A stretch of 64,000 bases of DNA. Source: Balanoglossus misakiensis. Taxonomy: Eukaryota; Animalia; Hemichordata. The stretch covers positions 5,382,206 through 5,446,205 of the forward strand of contig CM082587.2 in the NCBI GenBank assembly GCA_040954595.2, given 5' to 3'. The notes under the pieces were generated by a model. The model ran no database searches. It saw only the letters and a program-made list of their open reading frames with translations, and had not been told where the DNA came from. Made by a program: the position numbers and the translations under genes. Shown here piece after piece: positions 28,536 to 41,599 of this stretch. Each line of letters starts with the position of its first letter. Position 1 is the stretch's first letter.

Positions 28536-31040
28536 TAATGACAGGATGTTTTTAGTTCTCGTAATGCACTTGTCACATGCTGTGATTTTTATGATGCAGT
28601 GTTCTAGGGTTGCACAATGATGTTGCTCTGAACAATATTTTATTCATATCCGTGTGTACTTAACCTCAATAAATATGTGAATATTATCACAGGTATTTTT
28701 AAATCTAATCTTTCTGTGTCATTTATTTGTTCAATGTCAAAACATAAATCATTGCGATAAACCACTATCATATGCTCAGTCACACAATTGAATTGTATTT
28801 ATACACACGATAGAAAATATACGACTGGTGAAATGTCCCGGTAAACATTTACCGTTGCTTCACTTTGAAACTTTAAGGTAGGGTGTAAATTTGCCGTCAG
28901 GTTTACCCTCGTATCAAGTTAAGTATCCAGGTTGCATTGCATTTCAATTGGTGTTAGTACATACAGCCGAATTGTTTTCGATCACAATGCATCAGTGACG
29001 TATTCATATACGCTGAATAGTAGGATAAAGGATTGTATTTGCGTAGGTTACGCGAGGTCACGCACACACACTTGGTCCCCATGGTTACCGCGACGCACTA
29101 ATGCGTGGGGCATGAATATATTTGACGCCAGTCTCCATTGCTGAGGTTTTTTTTACAGGATTCACACAGGAATCTCGTGATCGCTTCTCTCGTTGAGGAA
29201 TATATAATTTGGGTGCCGGTATACGCGATTTCCTCGGATTTTATATCTAAAACTCTCAGACACGGCCGACTTGCCATGCGTTGACACTTTGACTTTTAAG
29301 TGAGGTAGGTATGTAGTATGATTGTACAGATCAACGCCTTTAAATTAATATGTGGTCTGTCACACAGTATACCTTTATCAAAACACCTCGGTGTCCGCCA
29401 TAGCGAAATCAACTTAGGATAAACCGACGGCATATGCTTTCAGAGATGTGGTACGCAATTTATGAGAAACGTTTCATGGGAACATGGTTCAGAACACAGT
29501 GACAAAAGGGTCGGCCATTGAAGCCACATTCGTGTTAACCCTGTCTGTAAATGGGTCATTCTCACCTGATCGTTGGTTAAATAATTCCACCGTCACGAAT
29601 TTCGCAACGATCGCATATATCAATATGTTATATACACACTAGTTTTAGTAGAAAATAGACGGTCGCATATAGATTATAATCAATTTTACATTATTATGTG
29701 GAAGCTTGTATTGGGCATTTACAACATAAAACCATAGACCCTAGAGAAAGATAAAACACATTTACAACATAAAACATGAAATCGTGGTCATCGGCCATTC
29801 AAAACTCTGTTTCTCCAAATAAATTACAGAGATTTAGCCTCCATCTTGTATTTCAAATATCAGTTATTTGGAAAGAGACTAGTCAGTAATATTAAAACAT
29901 GATTTGATGAGCGTGACTTAACAGCAAAGAGTTGAAAGGTAAGCCCTGGCCGTCCAGCGTTGTCCTTTTAAATAGTCGTACTGGAACCACAATAGTGATA
30001 AATGTTCTTATCAACAACACTGGATATTTTCTGACTTTTTGGGTATGGTTGGTTATATATGTATAAAGTAGCTTCATTTCAGTTTAGCTTTTAATAGCAA
30101 TGGCTTGAATTGCGAAATTATTAAATGGAATTGCTTATGGGCTCGCGCAGGCGCAGTGTCGACAACAGTCGTGGGAATGCCCATGAGCGACGCACGTGCA
30201 GGTAATCACGACTTTCGTTTTCAAAAGTAGAGCCATAGAAGGGGGCTGGGGGGGGGGGGGGTATTGGGTTGTCGGGACGCCCCGAGCCTTGTCAATATTG
30301 AGTCAAACAAGAGCACTTTAGCTCATGCTATTATTATGTTGGGGTTTTGTTCTGCTTGCTCGAAACTACTCTTTCATCGCCACAGTTCCAGCTTGTTTAA
30401 AGGTCACCTATGGAAAATTAGCTATAGTTACCATCGCAAATTGAGATCTAGCCAATCACAGATTTTCAGTGGGTGGCACACGGGAAAAAAAGAGCGCCGC
30501 CAAATGTTCTTTAGATCACTAAAATGCCCATTTCAGCCGTACATGGGCGTATGTAAATTGGAGGTGACTGTATACCTTTGATGTGCCGACAAAGGAATTT
30601 TTAGTACAGCCTTCGTAATACATGTGTATTATCCCAACATACACCACGTACGCAAAGTTTTGCAGGCAACAACAGTCTAAACAGTCTTTACTATGATTGT
30701 AACGTGTTAATTGCAAGTACCTTTACGTTAGACATGAGGGAGTTTAAAACAACGCTGTAAAGATGTTGATGTACAATTTACAGTCACGTACATCAACTAC
30801 CCAAATACTGGTAATTTTATAACTTGATGTCTTCTCAAAACACAGCAAAGTTAGTAAAGGTGCAGAAAGAACGGACCCTTCTATGTGAGTACCACGTGAC
30901 CAGAAACCATAGCGACGGCTCATCATCCAGTGTGACTGCAGACGGTGTAAAATGGCACTAAACATAGTTGCTTTTGAAATAAACTTCCCCTTCTTTTTTG
31001 TTTTGTCTAACGTTCAGGTTCCCGCGTATGATGCCAAAGA

Positions 31041-31441
31041 ATGGATGAATCCGCCGCGATTCGACAAAGAGGAGTGATCCTCATCATAATCGGCATTGTT
31101 CTGTTCTGCGTGGGCATATTCTTAGTGGCTTTCCTATCGAGCTGGTTCTACTACGGAGCCCTGTGCATTTTCTGCGGCGTCGTCGCGTCCATCGTCGGGG
31201 CGTCGTACGTGTACAACGCGCACAACCGCAACCGGGTCACCAGAGTGCACACGACACAACAGGCAGTGGCGCCCGTCACTGGGCCCACCATGGTGACCAC
31301 CACTGGCACAGCGTACGGCCAGTTCGGCCCTCCGCCGCCAGCCTACGGCCAGTACCCTGCCAGCAACCAGACGGACTTCCCTCCAGGTCTCGCACCAGGA
31401 GATCCATCGCAACAGGGGTAAGAAACTTAGTAATCTTGATG

Positions 31442-31473
<32 letters not shown>

Positions 31474-31960
31474 GATGATGGTGATGGTGATGGTGATGGT
31501 GATGGTGGTGGTGGTGGTGGTGGTGGTGGTGGTGGTGGTGATGATGATGATCATGATGATGATGATGATGATGATGATGATCATGATGATGATGATGATG
31601 ATGATCATGATGATGATGATGATGATGATGATGATCATGATGATGATCATGATGATGATGATCATCATGATAAACATTCGTTTAACCAACAATGTTGCAT
31701 TCCTTGCTGTTGTTTGTCGATGTTGTAAATAACTGTAACAGAGAACGCCCAACGTCGTATGGTCGCCCAGCGTTTTCTGAAAACTTATTTTTTTCCTTTG
31801 TAACAGGCCAAATTACCCAGACCCGTCCGGACAACCTCCTCCATACGGCGGACCAGCGACAGCGCCTCCCGGACAAGCCCCACCCTATGGAACAGCGCCG
31901 CCAGGGACTTACGGCAAAGACCCAGGACTCCCCGGCCAGCCTGGGGGATACACGTATTGA
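31041..31960 (+). CDS. Small two-TM membrane protein with a Pro/Gly/Tyr-rich tail carrying PY motifs
   Basis: Exon 31041-31417 (GG|GTAAG) splices in frame to 31807-31960 (tttgtaacAG|G). Two hydrophobic helices are followed by PPPPAY, QPPPY and APPY, ending ...GQPGGYTY*. Confidence 0.8.
31437..31670. repeat. Compound (GAT)n/(GGT)n/(CAT) microsatellite
   Basis: Directly visible trinucleotide runs inside the intron of the PY-motif gene. Confidence 0.97.
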
Positions 31961-33406
31961 AAAGGGAGCGGGACGGGGGCGGGGGGGGGGTGAAAAACCT
32001 CAAGTTGAACTGAGAACAAAGTTGCTGACATGAAAGTTATGGTTATCAATTAGATTTCCGTCCAAAGCGGTTGATCAAATCGCACAATGACGTTGAAAGA
32101 TATCTTTGCAACCACGTCAAGTCGCGATCATTTGCCTTCCAGAACGTATGACCTAACAGGTTAAGAAAACACTGTATTTTTACAGAAGATATCTTACAAT
32201 TTAGATTACCTTTTATACTGTTATACTGTTTCAATTTACAAATGACCCTGTAATCAGAAATAACTATGTGGTGTGTATATATGCCTACCGCTACAATATT
32301 TTATCAACGCTCATCTGTTTATCAAACAAGACAAACTACTTTCATAGCATGTATTTATCTTCAAATTTGGGCATAATTGGTTTATTCGGAACGACTGAAA
32401 TATCTTCAACCGATTTATATGGATGGAGTCTGATCTCCCGGACTAACATGTGTTAGTTGGCTGAACATGCCGTATAATCTTGACATGAAACGCCCGTACT
32501 CAAATCATTAAACGCCCCAAACATTTAAATTATGCAAACATGACCAGGGTATGACAGCATATAAAATGTCATCTGTAATCGGGTTTGTTAGTGCTACTTT
32601 CTTTTATGGACACTCGACACAACCTCTTTTATATATTTACCGACATGTCATTTTGCTGCAATTTTGTAAGTTTGACATAAGTTCGATAAAAATTACATTA
32701 TGTAGATTGAAATGGAAGCGTAAATAAACACTTTTGACAACACTGATATTGATTGTGTATGTATGCATGCATTTCCAGAAATTTTTCCCTTTGAGAGACG
32801 TAAAATAAAATAAAATAAAATACTACTCGGGGTTGCTATAAAGTCATCTACAGTACCAAGGTTGTAAGTATGAGGGACCTTAGTATTTATTTACACATGC
32901 AATGCTAAACTCTTAAAGTAAAAGAATATTATTCCAGTAGAACTATGTATCATAAGAATTTCTCCCTACTAAGCACACTATTCACTAACCTAAAGCTCAT
33001 AGTGGTTCCGTGTAGCCTATGGGAAAAATCATCAAAGCTTCTAGAAAATAAGAAGTAGGCCCTAATATCATATAGAACGTATACACTTGGTCGAGTTCAC
33101 CGACAGAACACGTTTGGTCAGTCCCAGCACGAGAGGGCGTTTTCACGTATAATTTTGTATGTACGGAAGGTTTCTCAAGCGATCAAAAGCGATAAGTTTT
33201 TGCATTTCGTTGGGTCCAGGTGTGCCGTTCCAGAACAGTAGATTGATGTATACGATAGTCCCAGAACTGGAAGACGCTCCCCTCTTCTGTGACGTCATTT
33301 TCCTCTTTTCATTTGAGTTCAGTAGTTCAATGCGTGTGTCCATCGGCTTCTCTCGTGTTTTAGGCCTACGAGTTCCACAAAGTTTTCTCTGGTTGTTACT
33401 TTTTTA

Positions 33407-35717
33407 TTACAGTCTTGGAACGATTGAAATGACCAAGGCCAAGGCCATCATCAGAACTGAAAGTAATGATTGAACACAGAATGTTAAGCCCGGGGGATTT
33501 TAGACAACGGGTTATTATATGTCCGAAGACACGAATAAATCAACTACTGAATGGTTGATAGAAAATAAAAATAACGTACCTCTGAACCAGGGTCCATCAG
33601 AGATTGTTGCAGCGCCATCACCGACTGTTGGGGCCAGAGTTGATGACTGCCAGGGTGAGGTCTGGGGTGACTCGGAGGTGGGCCCAGGGCTCGGCATGTA
33701 AGTAAACTCGGTCTTAGTGAAATTGATCTTCTCCGGTGATATAAGTGGTGTAGTGAAATGTTTTGAGATTTTCTCTGCATGGAAAAAATACCAATAAATT
33801 GTGTTAATGCATTTTCCGTGGGTCATTGAGTTTTTCGATCACTAAACGTCCGATGGTCTAAATCTTGCACAATTTAAAATTATACAATCATGTAAAAAGT
33901 AGATAACATTAAAAGAAATTGTAATTACACAAGTGCCGACGAATAGTTGAAACGCCACGGCTTCTGCGAGTCGCTATAGTATAGAATACACAATGAGGGT
34001 TTAGACTAATACCAACGTAGTCCTGCGAAAACTATACTCAGTCTAGAAATTAGCGTGGATGAATTTCTGGTCAACTTTAAACCCTAGTACGTTAAAGCGA
34101 GCAATGTGCCCACAACTTACTACCAGAACGATCCAATCTTCCCCGAGCAACCATCAAATAGTAGGCGTCGGCATCCAGATCGAAAAATGTATCACTGCCC
34201 GTTCCTTCTATACTGTTAGCGCGTTCAAATGTACATTCTATCTTGTCGTCTGTAATGGCTAACTCAATGCCGACAGCACCGACCTGAAGTTTTTAAAGAA
34301 ATCAATTCTTTTTTACGATAAGCATAAATATCACTTAATTTTTTATAGAAAACTTGCATGGCATTTCACAGTATTTACTTTAATACTTTAACACATCGCG
34401 CAGCTATGTGAAAGAAGTGGGGCGCGGGTCCAGAATTGATTTCATTGTTGTCATACTCATTAATATAGTGAATGTTACCCATGATTCGCTCTCTGTTTAA
34501 AGTCATGTCAACCACTGAACAGGGAGTTCTTAAAATGGCGCCGTCCCATCGCCCTGTAAATGAAAGAGAATTTTTAGTCACCTTTACTACAACACAAGCT
34601 TAGAACTTACCACGTCTCCTTGCTCGTTTCTGTGGTTGTCGACATTATAGGAATGGTCCAAATGGAGTATTGTGTCCGATACCGCCGCGCATGCCCAGAC
34701 ATCGGTGTCATCCTGGCAAAATAAATGGGATTTCTTATTTATTTGAATGTTACATCTCGGCTTCAAAATTGAACACTGGACAAGTACTTTTGTGTCAAAT
34801 GTATAAAGTTGTATATGGAGAGAGGCAGAAGAGGAAGAACGTTGAACCTTTGACACTCAAATTACTGAAACTGATGTTTATCAAATCAGGGTAACAACCA
34901 TCCTATGAAATATTTTTTAAAATGATTTGTTAACATGTATTTGTCGTCGATTACAAAAAAACATTGTAGGTTTGTAGTCACTTTAGCTGTTTCACATACT
35001 GTACTGGTCTTCCATGACCAGACACTGGACTTTTCAGTTCCTATAAACACCCACATTAATTAAACAGTGTCCAGTACAATTGTTTTTTTATTTGACAAAA
35101 CAAAAATAACATCCAGACCTGCAAATGTTCATGCACACTGCGAGATTTCTTTTTATTTAGATACTCGCGACCCGTTGAATTTTTACAAAGCGTGGCTCAC
35201 CATCAACTGGTCATGTGAAAATCCAATGGCCATATATTCCTCTGGTCCACCACCTTTACCTCTCATGTCGCCGAGAAGTTCAAAGATGGTGGAGTTTCCG
35301 TATTCTGAAGGTCGCCATGACACTATAGCTTCACAATCCGATCGGTTTGTGCAGTCGTAAGGCATCTGAAAACACTGCTTCGTTTCGCCACATCCTTCGG
35401 AAGTGACGTAAGCTAGGCACTACAAATAAATGAAATCATATTTTTTTAAAGGATATAAAATGTGCTATTGTTAAAAGTGGTTGATTTTGGTAAAAAAGTT
35501 TATCTAATATAAGGTTTAGCTAAAATTTCTTCGTGTTGTGAATATCCGTTTTGAAGATAACCCCATTTTGCCCATGACAAATCTACCTATACACAAAAAT
35601 AAAATTTGTAAGCAGATGCAGGGTGAACTTCGATTTGTAATACACACAGCTTACTATTTGTATCACTGCTCCAAGCAACAGGAATGTAAATAGTACTGAC
35701 CGCGCAATGGTTGTCAT
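33407..35717 (-). CDS. DOMON-domain protein, FRRS1L/ferric-chelate-reductase N-terminal-like, secreted and probably GPI-anchored (copy A)
   Basis: Six exons. Signal peptide MTTIARSVLFTFLLLGAVIQI, then GCGETKQCF..P..C, YMAIGFSHDQLM-DDTDVWAC, IECTFER, YYLMVARG and KH. An S/T/P linker precedes the hydrophobic tail VLMMALALVISIVPRL*. Confidence 0.85.
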
Positions 35718-38031
35718 CTGTTGAGAGAATTGTTGACACGATGATTAATTGACCTGTGCCAGTCAGTGTTTGGACAGGATGGGGCCAACTGATAATGACT
35801 GACGAATGTCTATATTTATATATATGCCTAGCATTTATCTCGTGCCATTGTGAACTTTATTTAAGGACAACGTTTATAGTTTATAGACGCCTTCAAGGTT
35901 CAGTTAACGTCAGCTCTGGCAACAGAACAGTTCTGTTTAATTAAAAGAAACTGAGCAAATTGACAAATGATAATGTTAATGTTTGATCTTATGCTAAAAG
36001 TCATTATTAATGTGACTATATTCTTCTGCGGCATACACCTACGTGGCGATTTCTCCGTCATTTTATATTAAATACCGTCAAGAGTTTGATAGGGAGGACA
36101 TCGACTTCATAGAATATACGTTTCGCCATTCTTGCATATACAAGTTGATATGAATGTTATATACGTATCACTTGAAAGGCAGAATTCGCCAACTTTTGAT
36201 ATTAGGATGATGTGAAACCTACGATAACTGGCCGGGCTCTTCTCCTTTAATTTGCTTTAATTTAATATTAACCGATATGTTATTTTCGATCAAAGTTGCC
36301 CATTTTTAAAACGATATCTTATCGCATTAACATTTAGATATTTTTCGCGTTAGGCGGAGGAGAGTATCGTCTCGGCGATCGGCAAAATGTGATACATTCT
36401 TACCTTCCTTCTGGGTTTGGACCAACAGTTCTTCTCAGACTTGAATCCGATTTTCGGTGGCGAGTCGGTAAAAAAACCCACAGAAGAATGCCTGGACCCT
36501 ACAGAAACGCGGTCACCTCACGTCAAGTCACGTCGGTTCTCGTCACGGAATCGGTGCATTGGCCAGTGATATAGTTGGATATTCAAATGAAGGTTACAAC
36601 CCGCGCCAATCACAATGATCACATTTTGAAATTCCTATTTACACAGAAAAACTGAGGAGTTTTGATAACCCTGACACGACACACTGTGCGGTCTTTGTGA
36701 GTTAACACGTGACTATCAACGAGGTGAACAAAAGGCAGGTATCGTGACCACAATAATCTCACCAGTTATAAATGATTATAATGAAAAACCTTGAGTGACT
36801 GTGGTTCATAGTGCAAATATACATCGGGCTTGTACTTTGCACATATACACCCACATGGCAACGATGTTTTGAGATGTCTGGATGTACAGATTGAGGTTGC
36901 AGTCGGCATAGCGACACAATGTTTGGGCACGAGGAGGACAACGTCACTCACGAGTGTTTGGTGAGGCAAAAATTTAAACTGTACTTTATTTTACCTTCAC
37001 GTTGACAAGCATAGTGTTCTCTTCAACTCTGATACTCAATGTTTTGCGATGTAACCTTCAAACCTGCGAAGTGACCTTCAAACTAGTCGGCGTTTAGGTG
37101 AGCAAACAACTGGTATGAGGATTCAGTCATATCATGATGGGTTAACGTTGTCCAGGGTGCGCCGGTGTCTGTGTTTCCATACCCGGAATCACCGGCAGCT
37201 GTCTGAGCAGTGTTACGAACCAAAAACTCGCAAGAAAGTAACAGGTTCACTTCACTTACAGTTGCTGGCGTAGACATGCATTTTAAGTCCGAGAGCAACG
37301 CTGAATTCAAACCAACAGGACATACCCGACGTGCTGAACTTCAACACCGAGCTCCCACGTGGATTACAGGATACCAGTCCCCGTCGCTCATGGCCGAGTA
37401 CAACTTGTCTGTTTTCTGGTCGGGTCACGCCACTTGACTGCCGTTGCCGAGAGTCAAAAATCAAAAACCCTTACGTAATATTCAAAATACCCAGGTGTAC
37501 GGCTACTACAGCTAATGCTATGTTAATGACGTACACCCTTATTGTTCATCCACCACTGATATTTGAATTCTATGCATTCGTGAGGGACGGATGGAAACTA
37601 TGTCAATGCGTGGAAAAAAACTCGTATATAATATGTATCAGTTTAATAGAAATTCAAAGATCCTCTAAATTCCAACCACAAATAAAACACGCATAACTTA
37701 AGGTACAATAGTCATCAACAGCATCAATAACAACAACAACAAAAATTGAAAGTCACTATACAAGGTATGGCATATGACTTGAAATTGTTATTACAATGTA
37801 TAACAAACGCTAAAATGCTGAAAGCTATTGAAATGTATTTACAAACTAAGCTTTCCACGTCATGTGTATATACAAATTCGGGTATAAATGTCAACCGTCA
37901 TGTTTGTTAACGTCGATCATCTCGTGAAAATGAACAAAGTTTGTTTGACGAATTCCACACGTAAGTAAATGTTCTTTCTTCAGAAAAAAGTAACTTCCTT
38001 GAACTCCATGCTTTCCCTTCAAGAGTCACAT

Positions 38032-39978
38032 TCACAGCGAACTTATCAAAAACAGGGACATCATGAAACCTGGAAGAAAAAGAAGACAGGTTTCCGGGTT
38101 TAATTGTGATTGTGATGCGAGCCGAACAAACATTATGTAGAAGTTAATTTGTCAATGGCCCAGAAAATATCGGTGTACAACGAACAGACTACATGGTTGG
38201 TTAAAATTGTGCAATACATATATTTCATATAGGCTTCTTGATGAATGGCCATCCACTTCTCTATTGATCCTCAAATTCAAAAGTTTTTGGAGCCTTGGTG
38301 AGTAGAACTTACCTATCAACCATCGCTCTGTTCTCATGACTGATACCGCCGCGCCACCAACTCCTGGGGTCGTGGATTGTGGCGTCGTGGATTGTGGGCT
38401 GGGCATGTAGGTGAACTCTGTGCTGGTGAAATTGAACGTCTGGGGTGATACTCGAGGGGTTCCAAAATGCTTGTCTAGTGACACTGTATACAAAATGAAA
38501 TTTTGGTTACGTTTAGTTTGAGCCGTCAGAATCAAAGTCCGGAGAAAAGTTCAGAGGTAAACGTCAGCGAAGAGTATGTCCTTACCCGGAGCCATAACTT
38601 ACCGCCGTCGCTGGCTAGTTTCCCACGGGCAGCCATCAAGTAATAACTGCCATCCTCCAGGTCATAAAATGTGTCGCTGCCGTCTCCTTCGATGCTGTTC
38701 GCGCGCTCGAATGAGCACTCGATTATATCGTCGTGGACGACTGAGGTAAAGTTGCTGATGCCAATCTGTTTGGAGACAGAGCAATCGTTTGTCAATGCTT
38801 GCACAACATGGGAAAGGCAATTCTCACGCCCCCACTTCATCAAACTTCCATCAAAATAAATTCGTTTGTTTTTTAAATATCGAATAAAGAAACACTTACC
38901 ACATCCTTTGCTTCGTTGCTATAACCATCAGTGTTGAAAGAATGGGTGAGGAACGGGAAAGGATTCGCAGCCGATACTGCACATGCCCATACATCCGTGT
39001 TAGCCTGTATCGTTAAGAGGATATTTAGTTATACCTTTCTGGACATTTTCAGTCATTTTGCTTTTGTGTACGCACAAGGCCCTACAGTTTCCTACACCCC
39101 TGCATCATGCTGAAAGCATACATTAATCATTACGTTTTTATTTTTTTTCACATAGTTTTGTTTTGCAATTTGTAACAGTGAAATCGAAAAAGTAACTTTG
39201 ACTAAATATCAGAGAGACTGTTCACTCGTTACAAAATCTCTGACAACAAAATTATCGTCTGAACACAAACAAATAACGTTTGTCCCAAAGTTTGCTGCTT
39301 GGTATTCTCGATAGTATTCTCGATAGCCTTACCATGAGCTGATCCCGTGAAATACCAACGGCCATATATTGCTCAGGTCTGCCGTTTCTACCTTTCATGT
39401 CGCCGAGAAGTTCGAAGATGGTGGCGTTGCCGATTTCATTTGGTTGCCATGCAACAATGGCTTCACAGTCATTCCTGTCTTCGCAACCGAATGGCATTTG
39501 TAAACATTGCTTGGTGTCTCCGCATCCTTCCGACGTTACCAGCGAGTGGCACTTTTTAAGTAAATGATAACAGGCTCTTTAAACTCATTATTAAAGGACC
39601 TTTGGCGGTAACTTTTATCTTTTTTCCAGTTTTTGTTCTATGTATATATCAAATGTAATTTCTTGTTCTACTCTAAACATCATGCTAATATACTCAGTAC
39701 TCTGTTTGTCAGCAAGGCATATACTAATACGTGTGTAACATTATTGTTTTTGTTGACAAATGAATTCCAGTAGGAACTTGAATTCAAGTTTTGCACAAGA
39801 ACGTTTACAGTCAACACAAACAAGTCGTCACGAAATATTATTTCAAAAGTAAAACATTAACATTCTGATGATAACGCATTCAATATTTATTACAAATTAA
39901 AATGGTTGAACTCACTGTTTGTAAAATGCTGCCTAGCAACAGGCCCGAAAACACCATAAATTGTCCCAAGGTTGTCAT
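38032..39978 (-). CDS. DOMON-domain protein, FRRS1L-like (copy B)
   Basis: Same six-exon layout. MTTLGQFMVFSGLLLGSILQT, GCGDTKQCL, YMAVGISRDQLM-ANTDVWAC, IECSFER, YYLMAARG, DKH, and tail GFMMSLFLISSL*. Confidence 0.85.
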
Positions 39979-41599
39979 CTGTAGAGAGAATTAAGGGCAA
40001 AAATATTGCCTGCAGATATCAACCACTGTTTGGACAGGATGATAACACAACCACGTAGTATTTACCCAATACTTTGGTAGTCTATGTTGATGGTAACCTT
40101 CGTGTCTAGACGACCACCCAAACCAGTGTCAAAGTCTGCGCAGTGTCCTTCATCTCCATCTGAACGACCATTCATGCTAGTGTCTGCGCAATCTCAGAAA
40201 TTCAGATGTCTCTATTTTATATAGGAACGTAACTACGTGTACCAACAAATACCCATATTTTCGTACCACACAGCGCGGGAACTTCAGAACACCTATTTTA
40301 TTTCCTACAGGGATAAAGTCGACCTTTGGCGATGAAACGTGGTCCGTCTCCAGTTATAATTCAACTCATGCCCTGTGGCTGTACATGGTTATATCGGTAT
40401 AAACATGAATACTCAAATAATGTTTAATTTTTAGTCAATAGACAGTCATATGATTGCTTCGCACAGAAGTAGTCGCCTGGTATTGCCATGTACGAGGAGG
40501 AAGTCGTGGTTAAACTGTAACCGTAATTCAGTCAGCAGAACAGCATAATCTATCCCCGAAAGAATCACAAAATAGGGTTTGTGCTTTTAAAGTTTTGTCA
40601 TGAGCGAGTAGCGTATCTTCACGACCAGCAGATAGCTATAGGTTGATGTACAATTCTTAGTCAGGTCACACTGGTCGTATAATGTGTATAGAATTTATAA
40701 CAGAAGTCTACCCAAAACATGGCAGACCCCTATAGCTTGGTATATTAGTGTTCGGCGTCAACGTACGTACCTTCAATAAGGATAACGGTGATTTTTCAGC
40801 GGTTTCCAAAAGATATGGGTTATTGCTTCTATATCAGTTTTATCGAACAATGTTTGCCTGGAACACAGCGTTCGAGGAAACGTCTTGCCTCACAAAGCAA
40901 TAGTCACGTTATACCGAATGACTTCAATGACTAATGTACATATAGACCCCTCGGGTCCAGGGTCTCTGTTGTCAGGTATTTATTTCATTGTGTTTCAGTC
41001 ACATAGGAAGGTGTGGCCGTGTTATAACTAACTGACAATCCAATAAATCAAAGTACATGTATATTATCAGCGTATCCGTGGCGAGGTTAGGTCATCGCCA
41101 TATTTTTCTAGGACAAGGTGATCGCAAAGTTAAACGATGTAACTGTTGGTATTAATTTATCGTCCTTTATTAAAAAAGAATTGCCAGTGTGAAGATATCT
41201 ATGTACCATCTTCAAAAGTTGATTTCAAGACTATCAAAAGTTTGCCATGAGAATTGCAGGCAGGGAGTTCTTTTAGACTCTGAAGACAGATTACATGACT
41301 GACCCTCGGCCGGACTGCTGTCCGAACAGAATACATCAGAAGGACAGTTTATCTTCCATGACAACATTCACAACAGAGAAGAGGACCTTAGCATATTGAT
41401 CGGCTTGCAGTAATTGTCTGATGTTTAAGGCCGAGAACATGGCAACTGTTGCCATCGGAGACAAACATCCACCATCAGTATGACAGGCAAGCCAACATGA
41501 TTTTAAAAAATCCAACAGCTAACTCGGTGGTTAACGCTGGTTAAAATGTGCAACTCATAAATATCTTCATAAATATTGAGTTCATCCACGGAAACTTCA

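Noticed and set aside
31163-31752. Poly-Met/Val and poly-Ile/Thr ORFs (189 and 158 aa)
   Set aside because: Translations of the intronic (GAT)n/(GGT)n microsatellite.
35448-35458. ATATCCTTT (U12-type donor consensus) on the minus strand
   Set aside because: It lies inside an ordinary GT-AG intron whose flanking exons already join in frame.
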